DNA of 64,000 nucleotides from the NCBI GenBank assembly GCA_951406725.2, contig OX597830.1, forward strand, positions 5,394,001 to 5,458,000, given 5' to 3'. How positions within the stretch are numbered: position 1 is the stretch's first letter; the number at the start of each line of letters is the position of its first letter. The position numbers and the translations under genes are program-made. The notes beneath the pieces were generated by a model. That model did no database searches. It was given only the letters and a program-made list of their open reading frames with translations, and was not told the DNA's origin. Origin of the DNA: Octopus vulgaris (taxonomy: Eukaryota). This document shows, piece by piece, positions 43,000 to 56,930 of this stretch.

Positions 43000-45026
43000 T
43001 CTTCTTTATATATATAAAACTGAGAATGTGTTTGTGCGTGTCTGTCTGTCTGTGTGTTTACCTAAAACTTGAGAACTACACAACCAATTCCATTCAAATT
43101 TTACACATGCCTTACTTAGGTTCCATGCAGTTTCATGGCAAAAAAATGTTCAACTTCTTGCCTAGAGCGAGCCCATAGCAATATCATATCATATCTTCTC
43201 CACTATTTCAGTATTACGTGTTAAAAGTGAAACAAAAACGTTTCTCTTTTTTATGTCAGACACTTTCACTTTAACAATAAAAATAATAATAACAATTGAA
43301 TTATATGTAGTAAGTAATGATTAAAATCTAACTAAAGTAACATGACAAAAGTAAAAATAGCAATTGGTATAAAATTGCATCAATGATTTGAACTTGAATA
43401 AGTGGTTTCACATGAATGGGAATAAATTAAAAATAAAATTAGCGTGCAGAAATGGAATAGACTAGATGGATAATAAAAAATTAAATTAAAGAAAAGACTA
43501 TTGTCTATAAAGTATACAATGTAGGGAAAAAAGAAGATTTGAACACATGGAGGAAAGCACCTTCGAAAAGTGTCTTGGTGCGAGTATGAGAGGTATCTAA
43601 TCAGAGGCGGTAAATTCTCCACAATAGAAGCAAGGTTCGAGTCAACGGAGCGTGCAAGGGAGTACTCGACTCGAACTTGCAAAGTGGAAATATTTTATCT
43701 TTACCTTTATATCTGCGACGTAGGACGTCCCGGAAAAAAAAAATTAAATGCCCCCTCCCCCCAGAAGTAGAGGTAGGCTGGATTGTAGCCACACTTCTAT
43801 ACAAGAGGGAGGACAAGATACAATTGATCGAAATTACAAGAGACGGGCTAACAATTGCAGTCTGTTATATATTTTGAGTGTTGTTATCACTAGCGATATC
43901 AAGATATAACTTTGTATTTTGTATTTTATGTGTAGATGTGATCCGGTTCTTGACTGAAGACTGAGGGCTTCGTATGTCCTGTCTGTGTTTGTTGTATCGT
44001 CTTCTAAGTTCTTATGCGTTCTTGTCTCAGTTTGTAATTTTCTACATATCATAATATATATTCCTGGCGTCACGTACCCTTCTTAACACTTATGTGAGCA
44101 CATATTCTTGTAAATTTGGTACGACTCTACACGCTGTTTGTTTGTCTCTCTCTCTCTTACATTTACTTCGAATTCTACGTTGATCTGTCCCCTTCTCTCT
44201 CTTTTCTTTCTACTCATCCCTCTTTTTCTCTTCTCTTGCCTCTGATTCTTTGGTCTACTCTTCCCCTACCCTTCCATTTCTTTGTCTTCCTTTGCACTCA
44301 CAGGTCAATCTTTGACACCCATCCCTTCTACCCTCTCTAATTCCTTCTTTCTCTCTATTCTCCCCCTTGTTGCTTTCGTCCCTCTTCTCTCTCTCTTCCT
44401 TCTTTGCTCTCTTCTCTGTCACGTGACTACTGGCCAAAATCTGCCTTTCGGCCTCTGACCAGCGCCGTGATAACATCGTTCCTCGTTCGCCGCTAAGGCA
44501 ATTCGCCGCTAAGGCAATTTTTCCAAAATACGCCAGCCAGACCTGTTGGCACTGTTATTAGTCGTAAGACACTTGCTGTTTTTACCGTTATTGCTTTTGT
44601 ATTCCACGTTTTTGTATTTCATTATTGTTTTTTGTTTTTTATATTCGTGTGGCACCGTCCTTTTTGCTGTCTTTGTGTTCGTATGCATTCGATCCTTCTT
44701 CCAGGAAATCTACGCTCTTAGCTTAGTTTTTCTAATGCTCGTTGCTTAGTTTCTCCTGGAGGGATGGCCGGTTCTAGTAATCTCAAGATTAATCAGCCGA
44801 AATTACTACGATGATCCGGTTCTTGACTGAAGACTGAGGGCTTCGAATGTCCTGTCTGTGTTTGTTGTATCGTCTTCTAAGTTCTTATGCGTTCTTGTCT
44901 CAGTTTGTAATTTTCTACATATCATAATATATATATATAGATGTACATGTAATATGTACACATATATATACACATATATACATGCACTAGCACTATGATC
45001 CGGCAACGACGGGTCTTTAATGCTAG
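43000..45026 (+). mobile_element. Non-autonomous Helitron-like element with a nested insertion
   Basis: 5' end A|TCTTCTTTATATATATAAAA followed by a (GTCT)/(GT) tract. 3' end has the imperfect hairpin ccggcaacgacgg about 10 nt before CTAG|T (45023-45027). Joining the two ends into one element is inference. Confidence 0.65.
43940..44933 (+). mobile_element. Non-coding unit bounded by direct repeats of about 120 bp (43940-44060 and 44813-44933; period 873 bp), pLTR-like
   Basis: Near-identical direct repeats (one substitution seen). The body is homologous to 51493-52155. Confidence 0.85.
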
Positions 45027-46494
45027 TATATATATATATATGTGTGTGTGTGTGTATGTGTATATATGTATATACATGTATGTATATATAGTATATATGT
45101 ATACATTTTTTAATAAGTTCACTTGCTAATCACGACACCAGTACCTAGTAAGGTGCTGATCTTTTATTTAGCAACGGCGGGAGGTGACTCGTTGCCATCT
45201 CTAGCAGTCGAGCGGTCATCAGCGATGAGACCCAGGACTGTCGAAATCACGTGACCAGGTAATCTCGGTGCTGCATTTTGGTGGAGATACCTGTACGTAT
45301 TACCGTTACATATATTGTGTATGAGTGTGTGTGTGTGTGTTAGCGTGTGTGTGTGTGTATCTGTGGGCGTGTGTGTGTGAGAGAATGTGTGTGTATACAT
45401 GCACAAGCACGCACGTATATGCATATACACAGTATAGCATGAAAAGCAAACAACAAATTCATTGCTTTTTAGTAATTTCAATGTTCTCTAAAGTTATTTC
45501 AATGGATATATTAAAAACAGCATTAAGGTAATTATATAATCAATAGACACAATTAGTTGCTTTAAATGTGATGGATAACAATACATGTAAACGTGAATAT
45601 ATGCGTGGACATGAGAAAGCCTGTGTGCAGTGGCTACAAGGATGGAAGTGGGGAGAGACTCACAGAGATGGGTGGGAGGAGAGATACACTGGAAATAGTA
45701 TGAGGCGAGTGAAGATAGAGAAATAGTTTGGGAGGAGGAAGAGTGGAGGATTGAGGAATTAAGGAAAACTGGTGATAGGACAGAGAGAGTGAGGAAGAAA
45801 GAGATAGGGACAGAGAGAGAGAGGTGGCATGGGTGGCATAGATGAAGGAAGAGAAATAGGGAGACGGAGATGGAAACTTGAAAAAGTGAATAGATGGCAT
45901 AATATGGAGGACGGGCGGGTGTGTGTGTGTGTGTGTGTGTATGGATGTGTATGTGGATGTGTGTAAGAAAAATAACTAGAAAGGTTCGAAAATGTGCATA
46001 ACTTATTAGAGTTTTTTGAACTAAAATGCATGGCGCAATCTATTTCGACAGCGAAACCAGTTAGTCAAATGTGATTTTTCTTCCACTGCAAAACCTCTTT
46101 TGACAACAACTTGCACTAAAATTTATTCAGTAAAACTGTTTTTTATAGAGAAAATTATTATTCGTAAACTTTTTCTATTAGGAAATATTTTAGTAAAATG
46201 TGTTTTTTTCTCTTTTATTCTGTGTGTATGTGTGTGCAAAAATCACCTTCTGGAAACATGAGTTAGTGTTTTGAAAGTAAAACTGTTATATAGAAACATT
46301 TATTATGTGAAAACATTTTTGTATTTTGCCTTTCATATATAAATATATATATATGTAATAGAAATATTTAACTCCTATTTTGAAAAATAAAACTTGTTTT
46401 ATTCAAACACAAATATATATGAGAAAAAAGAATTAAACACATTTTCAACGTTTTCTCATCATTTTTCATGTTTATAAATAGACAGACAGACAGG

Positions 46495-46558
<64 letters not shown>

Positions 46559-47197
46559 ATTGAAATAGCAGCAGATTAAAACAACCATCTATATAATATA
46601 GATAATCTATATATAAGCATACAAGAGTACCACCTATAATATTTGGCTACCGAAACAATTCTCAAGGTGACTGATGAACAAAGGAATTCGCTTCGAACGC
46701 CAGTGGGTCGCTGGTTATGCTGCTTCGAACTGATCTGACGTACTCCCCCAGTGACGTACACATCAGACGAATATCGCAGAATTAAGATGTGTGCAAATTT
46801 TTAAAAATAAGGAAGGAATGCTAGTGGAAGATTTTAATAAAAAACAGCGATCCGACACAAATACAACAAATGTAAAATTCTTCTATGAGGGAAGGAACAA
46901 AAATTCTGCGCCTTCGTATCAACGGATGTGAAATAACCGTCTGCGTTTGCGGGAAGAGAAAACCGCAAAAGCAGAAGTCATATGTCTTGCATCAAGGCAG
47001 TATTTTCTTATTCCTCCTATTTCTATCTTCATAGGTACGCTGACCCATGTAACAATATATTCGTCTTACAACTTTGAAATTCTGATATTTCTCCGAAAGG
47101 GACAAAGCCAACTGACTCGCTTCTTCCAAACTCAATCGGATACAATGATTTGTGTGAAAATCTTGTACATACATTCCGTTTGAATTTCATAAACAGA

Positions 47198-47432
47198 GCA
47201 TGGCGTGGCTGTGTGAGAAGTTTGCTTCGCAATCACATGGTTCCGGGTTCCAGCGCTTGACAACCTGTGTTAGGGTTTATGTCCCCATAACTTAGCATTT
47301 CAGCAAAAGTTATCGATAGAATAAGTATCAAACTTAATACAAAAATATACGTACTGGGGTCACTTTGAGTATAAATTCCTCAGGGAGGTGCCCCAGCAAG
47401 GCCGCAGTCAACTGACTGAAACAAGTAAAAAA
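47198..47432 (+). mobile_element. SINE family B, internally deleted copy
   Basis: Head tggctgtgtgagaag...cacatggttccgggttc fused to the gcttgacaacc...ggccgcagtcaactgactgaaacaagt tail. Confidence 0.85.
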
Positions 47433-47776
47433 TAAACAGTAAAAAATGCCAACACATATGTGAACATTGCAAATATGTCTGTAAAAACTAATCATACACA
47501 CAACTTTACCGAGAGACACGTTGCCTGACTGTAAGTACACCACCACATATACTTCCATTCATATCCTTACTCACACATTCGCATATTAAAAACGCAATGA
47601 AACTATCTGGACGCAGAAAAAGATCGTGTTACATCGTTGGTGACCAGTTTGGCATTCAGCAAAAGATGTTCAATAAATTCCCAGCACAAAACGTGCTGCA
47701 CAGACATCTGTACGTATATAACCATACACTCACCACTGATGTGGAAGAATAAATATTTTGTTGCTTCCATTTCCCC

Positions 47777-47831
<55 letters not shown>

Positions 47832-47986
47832 TGTGCATTGCTGCTTGTGTGTGTGTGTGAGTGTGTATGTACTTCTGCTTGTTTGTCTGAACGTCTGCGT
47901 GACAATATATGTATATAACATTATGTGTTAGAGGTACATGTCAAACGTTGAATGAATTCTACTTATAAATAGAGATAAGCGTGTGC

Positions 47987-48030
<44 letters not shown>

Positions 48031-48319
48031 AATGCAAGGAAAGCAGTCTCCTCTGTAGGGATGGAAACATCCAATTTTTTACTGGTTTGGTGGTTTGATA
48101 CATATTCAATATTTGAAAATGAAAACAAAAAATGGATGGCTGATTAGCAATTTAACAACCGAAACGCAAATTTATAGACGCCCCTAAAGAGACAGAGGTT
48201 ACAAAGTGGTACCTGCTTTGCTAGAAATGAGAGTCAAAACGACTCATTAGCCATTATCTTAATAAGCTGACAAGGGAGACATAGATAGATAGATTGATAT
48301 ATAGACAGATAGATAAAGA

Positions 48320-48415
<96 letters not shown>

Positions 48416-48416
48416 C

Positions 48417-48459
<43 letters not shown>

Positions 48460-48460
48460 C

Positions 48461-48498
<38 letters not shown>

Positions 48499-48518
48499 AT
48501 ATATATATATAGATAGAC

Positions 48519-48572
<54 letters not shown>

Positions 48573-48666
48573 AGATAGATAGATAGAGATAGATAGATAT
48601 ATAGACAGATAGATAGACAGACAGACAGATAGAGAGAGAGATAGATAAATATATATATAGATAGTG

Positions 48667-48717
<51 letters not shown>

Positions 48718-49476
48718 AAGGAAGAAGGAAAGTGAATGTTTTTGTGAGAGCTGGAATGGAAAGCAGTATCTCTTGTGCAAAGATATAAAACGATAGTATT
48801 ATATGGAATGTCATCCGACTTTCTACAAATCATGGCGCCCATTATGATAATAAAACATCCAAAGCATTACTGAGTTTTTGTACTCCAGGTCGCGCTTATT
48901 TGAGTAAAATCAAATCAATATGGCGGCTCTAATAAATACCATATAAGAATGTTAAGCGAATACTTTCATATCATGTCTTCTTTCCGCTCAAAGGGATTTA
49001 CAGTTCATAAATAAATTTGAATTTGAATTTAACATCTGAGGGAAGTTTTAACTTAATATGGCGTTTGTGTTCTTTCATATTAGACAATTAGCAATGACAT
49101 AAAGAATAAAAGCAACAGGATCTAAAAACAGAAAGCTAAAACTAGGCCAGGGGATTCCTGACAGCGAAGAATGCTAAATTCTGTTTATTTTATGGCATTT
49201 GGTAATCGAAGTTAGAAGCGTAAAATTAGTAATGGGCCGCAAGATTTCCAAACGTAAATTGACAATTCAGAGAAGTTTAAGCCCAAGTGAACAAAAATAC
49301 GAAAGAAAAGCATACAAACAAAGACGGAAACAAATAAAAGGTTATAACGATAAACAAATAAATAAATAAGTAAAAGAGAAAGCGGCTGATATCAAACATG
49401 ATTGTGAATGAATGAGGGCGGTAAAATGCGATAAGGAGAAATTATCTCCATTTAATGTGTAGCTACATGCGCATGC

Positions 49477-49513
<37 letters not shown>

Positions 49514-50290
49514 AGAGACAATGTATGTGTGGTTTTGTGTGTGTGCGCGCGCGTGCGTGTGTGCGTGAAAGGACATCGAGTGAGTGCTGAATAAGCAATT
49601 GACAAAAAAAGGAATCATCTGCAATAAATACATTTGATCGTAATACTTATATGTGTGTGCGTGTGAGTGTGTGCGTGCGTGCGTGCGTGTGTGTGTGTGC
49701 GTGCGCGCGTGTCTGTGTACGTGCGAGCATAAGTTTATATATATATGTGTATAAGTATGTATATGTATACACACACACACACACACATCTATATATATAT
49801 ATGCGTACAATTACATATACGTATGTAATAACATGAAGGAAACAGAGGCAAAACAACGAGACAGATAACAGAAAACCTACCAAATTAAACAGCTATGTTT
49901 AGAAAGGCAAACGGAACCACTTTAACATAAGGAAGATCATTAAAGGTTGAAAGATGCACTAGAGTGTGTCTGTGTGCCTAAAAATGTTTGTGTATTTTTG
50001 TGTGTGTGAGTGTGTTTGTGCGTGTCTGTGTGTAGTTATATGGACGTACACATACACGCATTCATATATATTTGTGTGTGCGTGCGTGTATATATATATA
50101 TATATATACACGCCATGATAGATCGTTAGCCACTACACACATTTTTCTCTCCTTGTTTCTTTCTGTGTCCCTTTCTGTAGAAGAGCGTAGGCTCGAAACG
50201 TAAACGACTTTTCTATTCCTGAACATTATACTAATGCATCTGTTTGTTTTGTACACCACCTGTCTTCGTTTTTTTTTTCATAAACTCTCC

Positions 50291-50332
<42 letters not shown>

Positions 50333-50336
<4 letters not shown>

Positions 50337-50827
50337 TTTATAAATAGGGTTCAGCAACGATTTGCTTCACCACATACCGAAGTTTAGAAATAGCACTCAA
50401 AAAATCTTAGCTATTCCTTCTACTTTAAAAGGGGCTACCAGAATTGAATTTGGCGGCATTAGCACGGAATATGATCTCTCTCATACCGTTAGGTGAAGAG
50501 ATATTTTCCAGTGCCTTCAAATTTAATATTTAATAATTTATAATTGAAGAATCCCACGCTGACGAGCCGAAAATGGTCGGGTAAGGTATAATTATTTATT
50601 ATTTATGATTTATACCGATCTAATTCCGAAACGCGCGTTCGTGTGTAACCTAATATAGAATGATTTTCGTCATTTTTCCCTTTTACCTGCGTGGATTGTT
50701 TTCAAGTACTTTGATTTTTCTGGGAGCCCCTTTTAAAGTAGAAGGAATAGCAAAGTTTTTTGACTGCTATTTCTAAACTTCGGTATGTGGTGAAGCAAAT
50801 CATTGCTGAACCCTATTTATAAAGTAT
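50333..50827. mobile_element. Unit with inverted arms of about 110 bp (50333-50443 and 50718-50827) enclosing a hammerhead motif
   Basis: atactttataaatagggttcagcaa...aaaaggggctaccagaa versus ttctgggagccccttttaaa...ttgctgaaccctatttataaagtat. Confidence 0.92.
50555..50643 (+). ncRNA. Type I hammerhead ribozyme motif, predicted GUU cleavage after 50639
   Basis: cacg-CTGACGA-g[...ggtataa...ttatacc...]c-GAAA-cgcgcg-TT-cgtg: stem I cacg/cgtg, perfect palindrome acgcgcgt. The base of stem II is only one G-C pair. Confidence 0.7.
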
Positions 50828-50972
50828 TACTTAAGCTTACCATGAAATGGTCTTTTTCATACCGAATTCTGCTTGGTGAAATTACTGATTACTTCTCAAT
50901 TAATTAATTTTACTCTTTGTTGCGTTCTTGTCCCAGTTTGAATTTTTTTACATATATATATATATACATATA

Positions 50973-51380
50973 GGCGCAGGAGTGGCTGTGTGGTAAGTAG
51001 CTTGCTAACCAACCACATGGTTCCGGGTTCAGTCCCACTGCGTGGCATCTTGGGCAAGTGTCTTCTGCTATAGCCCCGGGCCGCCCAATGCCTTGTGAGT
51101 GGATTTGGTAGACGGAAACAGAAAGAAGCCCGTCGTATATATGTATATGTATATGTGTGTGTGCGTGTATCTTTGTGTTTGTCCCCCTAGCATTGCTCGA
51201 CAACCGATGCTGGTGTGTTTATGTCCCCGTCACTTAGCGGTTCGGCAAAAGAGACCGATAGAATAAGTACTGGGCTTACAAAGAATACGTCTCGGGGTCG
51301 AGTTGCTCGATTAAAGGCGGTGCTCCAGCATGGCCGCAGTCAAATGACTGAAACAAGTAAAAAAGTAAAAGAGTAAAGAG
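50973..51380 (+). mobile_element. SINE family B, full-length reference copy (tRNA head, CORE-like box, TA/TG tract, LINE-like tail)
   Basis: A box tggctgtgtggt, B box gggttcagtccc, CORE-like cttgggcaagtgtcttc, tail ggcggtgctccagcatggccgcagtc...gaaacaagt. Flanked by (TA)n. Confidence 0.93.
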
Positions 51381-51405
51381 TATATATATATATATATATA
51401 TATAT

Positions 51406-52151
51406 AGTCGTACCAAGTTTAAAGAAGTATGTATTTACATATAAGACCAAAAAGGGTACGGGCTATATATATATATACATATATATAGCAGCGCCCGTAC
51501 CCTTTTTGGTCTTATATGTAAGTACATAGTTCTTTAAACTTGGTACGACTCTATAACACTGACTCTCTCCCTACTCTCCTACATTTCTCTGCCTTTCACC
51601 CTTTGCACTCCACTTTGATCTGTCTCTTTCTCGCTGGCTTTCTCTCTCTTCTCCCCCTCCTTTGTTCCTTGTTCCCCTTTCTTCTCTCTTCTCCTCACAC
51701 GTGACTAACTGACCGATTGCCGGCCTTTCGTGCTTAGCAGTCGTCGCGGCAAGAAACATTTTTTCTCTCTCTGCCATAAGGCATTTTTCTAACACGCCAG
51801 CTCTAAGTTTACTCGTCCTGTCGAAAGACGCCTGTCTGTGACGTCCTGTTCTTTTTTATTATTTTTATCATTATTGTTTTTAAGTATTTTTGTATTCTTA
51901 TTCGTGTAACATCGTCCGTTTTTCGTCCTTGTTTTGTATACATTCGAGGCTTTCTTCCAAGGAATCTAATGCGCTTGGCTTAGATTTTCCTATGGGGCTG
52001 GCCAGATCGGAGCTATCTCAAGATTAATCAGCCGAAATTGCGAGGATGATCCGGTTCTTGACCGAAGATTGAAGGCTTCGAATGTCCCGTCCTTTTTTTT
52101 TTGTATCGTCTTCTAAATGTTTTGCGTTTTTGTCCCAGTTTGTATTTTCTT

Positions 52152-52155
<4 letters not shown>
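51406..52155 (+). mobile_element. Second member of the 43940-44933 family, with a 58-bp inverted copy of its 5' end (51406-51463 versus 51493-51550)
   Basis: Shared cgtaccct...ttggtacgactcta start and tctcaagattaatcagccgaaatt...gatccggttcttgac end. The inverted arm is directly visible. Confidence 0.88.
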
Positions 52156-52225
<70 letters not shown>

Positions 52226-52604
52226 TGCGCACAAGCACGAGCACACACACATAAGCACACATACATATATGTGGTGGGGTGTACAGATCGAAAAATTGTT
52301 ATTCCAAATGATAGTGCAAAACGGTTAATCCAAGCTAAGAAACTTACATAAATCCCTACAAGTCAATGTACGGTCAAGTTCCTATTTAAAGGGTATTTAC
52401 CCAAGTAGGGAATTATTACATTATATATTACACAATTTTTATGGCTGTTTCACAAATGTATATCGGTTCAATATTCAGTAATCTAGCCAAGACGAGAGTA
52501 TCGAAAGCCAACTGTTCAGAAGAAAATATCAACTTCCTCCAATGACTTTTACTCACCCGAGTTGACTTAAAGTTAAATAATACCTGTTACATATTTAAGA
52601 AGAT

Positions 52605-52662
<58 letters not shown>

Positions 52663-52667
52663 TATAC

Positions 52668-52715
<48 letters not shown>

Positions 52716-52902
52716 GAGTTGGGTGTATTTCGTTAAGAACGTATTAGTGTACAAAATAGAACTCGTACACACTTAGAATTACCAGATGACCGGGAGTGTT
52801 ATGGCATAGTACCAATTCTAGGCTTAGGCATTCTTCGAGTGCGAAGAATAAATGATAGCACTAAAATCAAAACATTTACTTACGGAGGCTGCGATTATAT
52901 AT

Positions 52903-53010
52903 CACCTGAGGAGATACAACTAGGTCCTATTACACAGGTAAACCGTAATTTAATTTAAATTTAAATCCTGTATATATGTGGATGAATGTTATATCGAAAC
53001 ACGTGTAGTG
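52903..53010 (+). ncRNA. Type I hammerhead ribozyme motif with a stem II insertion of about 75 nt, predicted GUA cleavage after 53007
   Basis: cac-CTGAGGA-gata[...acagg...cctgt...]tatc-GAAA-cacgtg-TA-gtg: perfect palindrome acacgtgt. Confidence 0.72.
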
Positions 53011-53058
53011 TTCATTAAACAGGTGTCGAATCGTAGTCCCTCTTCCTTTCATTCTTTC

Positions 53059-53101
<43 letters not shown>

Positions 53102-53127
53102 CCTACACACACGCACACATATATACG

Positions 53128-53174
<47 letters not shown>

Positions 53175-53656
53175 TCATACAGCAGATCCTCAGAAGTAAA
53201 AATTACTCAACGTGGAGTTCTCTGTGATTCCTTAACGACAATGTAACTTTCATATAATTAATGTTTCTTCTGCCTGATGAACAGATAAGTACCCCTCGTT
53301 GAGTAATTAATACAGCATAGGATCTGCGAGCCAGGAAACATATATAGCCTGGATTTTACCAGTTCTACTCCCTCAATTCGGGTTTGTATTCGCTCTCAAA
53401 TCATGTGTGTATGTATGAGAAATTTTTTTTTTTACTTACTGAATTTCGTCTAGTAGAGAGAGACAACAGGGCACTATACTACTACTATGTTGCCTGGGAA
53501 ACACTGGAAGATTTTCGAAATTTTATATGGGAAAAGCCTACAACCTTCGAGGCCATTGGATTATTATTGTTCCTGAAAATTTTTTTTATACCTACCACAG
53601 ACTGCTCGAATCCTACAAACTTCCTACCCTTCGATCCTTAGATCTTATAATTTGAT

Positions 53657-53703
<47 letters not shown>

Positions 53704-53803
53704 TTAGAGGTTATAATTAGAGTAAAAAGGCTGGAATTGGGTTAGCGACAAACAGTGTTGGGGGACAACCAAAGGCGCAAAGACACACATACACATACGC
53801 GTA

Positions 53804-53870
<67 letters not shown>

Positions 53871-54003
53871 ATGAGGGTGTCTAAAAGACACCAACATGCC
53901 GAAATAGCAGTCGAAACACTGACTATAGTACCACGTTAAATGTTCATATCGCACCATGAGGTAAAGCGGAGGGACAAAACATACAAGCAAAAATTATTGA
54001 ATA

Positions 54004-54063
54004 ATTCAAGATCCAAGGATTTCTGGTTCTGCTTTAGATAAGCTTTACCGTCATCAATTGAAT
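54004..54063 (-). ncRNA. Type I hammerhead motif (U3 variant), minus-strand copy
   Basis: Reverse complement of 54479-54538. Confidence 0.65.
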
Positions 54064-54478
54064 ATATCAAGGGTACATCAATACAGATATATATATGCAC
54101 AGCAAACGATATACTTACATATACGAGCGTCGCACATACATACATATGCACGTATGGACACAGCCAGTTTGAATCGCCCGCCAAATCACCGCATAAGTAC
54201 GATATGGTTAAAATAAGCACCGCAGTGAATATAATAACGAATTATATAAATTTATATATGAGGATAATATCGATATTTAAGTGTCGAAATTATCAAGTGG
54301 CCAGCATGAAAGAAATACCTTACAAAGGTAAAAAAATTTTTTAACAATTAAAAATGAGGGTGTCTAAAAGACACCAACATGCCGAAATAGCAGTCGAAAC
54401 ACTGACTATAGTACCACGTTTCAGTGTGCATATATATATCTGTGCATATATATATCTGTATTGATGTACCATTGATAT

Positions 54479-54538
54479 ATTCAATTGATGACGGTAAAGC
54501 TTATCTAAAGCAGAACCAGAAATCCTTGGATCTTGAAT
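54479..54538 (+). ncRNA. Type I hammerhead motif (U3 variant), predicted AUC cleavage after 54532
   Basis: attcaa-TTGATGA-cggt...acca-GAAA-tccttgga-TC-ttgaat: 6-bp stem I, ggt/acc stem II with a C.A base mismatch, stem III atcc/ggat. Confidence 0.65.
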
Positions 54539-54765
54539 TATTCAATAATTTTTGCTTGTATGTTTTGTCCCTCCGCTTTACCTCATGGTGCGATATGAAC
54601 ATTTAACGTGGTACTATAGTCAGTGTTTCGACTGCTATTTCGGCATGTTGGTGTCTTTTAGACACCCTCATTTTTAATTGTTAAAAATTTTTTTTACCTT
54701 TGTAAGGTATTTCTTTCATGCTGGCCACTTGATAATTTCGACACTTAAATATCGATATTATCCTC

Positions 54766-54891
<126 letters not shown>

Positions 54892-54920
54892 GTTTATATA
54901 TACGTATATATATATGAGTG

Positions 54921-54959
<39 letters not shown>

Positions 54960-55114
54960 CTGTATATATATACAGATATATATATATACATATATATATA
55001 TGTATATATATATATCTGTATATATATATCTGTATATATATACAGATATATATATACATATACACACACCCGTATATATATATATATACACTCATATATA
55101 TATACGTATATATA

Positions 55115-55197
<83 letters not shown>

Positions 55198-55382
55198 GTT
55201 TATATATACGTATATATATATGAGTGTATATATATATATACATATATATATATGTATATATATATCTGTATATATATATCTGTATATATATATATATATA
55301 TATATATAGATATATATACATATATATATATGTATATTTATATATGTATATATATATATATACACACATATATATATATAGG

Positions 55383-55438
<56 letters not shown>

Positions 55439-55784
55439 TACGCGTATGTGTATGTGTGTCTTTGCGCCTTTTGTTGTCCCCCAAAACGGTTTGTTGCTAA
55501 CCCAATTCCAATACGTATGTTTGCATGTATGTATGTATGTATGTATAGTGACAACATGAATTTTTTCCATCTTGCTCTGTCAAAGTATTTCAGAAAAATG
55601 AATGTTAATGTGTCCAACTTGTTAAAATTCTATTTATTTATTTGTGCAGCTGATGGTGGCACTGCATTTAAATTGATGTAATGATTGCATTGTTCAATTA
55701 AATGGAGCCGCTTGAAACGGTAGTACTGTATCACTGCTTGATATCCTGTTTCTTATTTTGATTTTATATGCATACATACACACA

Positions 55785-55890
<106 letters not shown>

Positions 55891-56292
55891 GATGTACCAT
55901 AACATCTTTCTGTATGCGTATATTAATTGTCGAAAGAGAAGTCTCCTTTTGTGCTTCGCTTTGGATGCTTCCATCCAAAATGTTTTCGTCGTACGCCCAT
56001 ATTTTTCCTCATTTTCCTTGTCTTTCATAGTTTTCCACGTGCACTGGCTTGTCACCTTACAATTTCAATTGGTGGTGAGCACCGTTCGAATGAAACGTAC
56101 CGAATTTACTATGTACCAAAATTATCATGCTTTACAATACACATCTGACGACGCGTCAAAATTGTACAGTTTGTGATGTCTTCTTCTCCTTTAAAACACC
56201 TTTCTTCCTTTCTGTCTTTTTTTCACAATTTCATTACTTTTCACTGTTATTTTATCTCTGTTTCTTTCTCTCTTTTTCCTCTCTCTCACACA

Positions 56293-56323
<31 letters not shown>

Positions 56324-56435
56324 GACAGTCAAAAATTGTGAAGCATGACTGTCACCACTACTACATGAACCTGAAGATTGCATAATTTAATGCATGATAT
56401 AAATACATTCTTCTATACACAATCACACACACCCG

Positions 56436-56499
<64 letters not shown>

Positions 56500-56718
56500 T
56501 AAATAAATGGGGACAACAGTAAAAGAATTTTAATAACGTCTGCGTTCAGCTCCATTTATTTACTTATACTATACAAATTACTGCACATTAACCCGGAGTT
56601 CTACCTTTGATTAGGTCGCTACATCCTTGTTACGTGCGTGAACTTTGCTACCCTGGTAACTGTTTATTGAATTTTCCATGTTAACGGTAAACAAAGGATA
56701 ATTCATTCATCCATTTAT

Positions 56719-56774
<56 letters not shown>

Positions 56775-56803
56775 ATATATATATACATATATGTATGTGC
56801 ATG

Positions 56804-56843
<40 letters not shown>

Positions 56844-56891
56844 CATACACACACACACTCACATATATATATATTGCTTACATATATATTA

Positions 56892-56930
<39 letters not shown>

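Noticed and set aside
46667-46711. gtga-CTGATGA...GAAC...tcgc hammerhead-like arrangement
   Set aside because: GAAC instead of GAAA, no UH triplet and no proper stem II.
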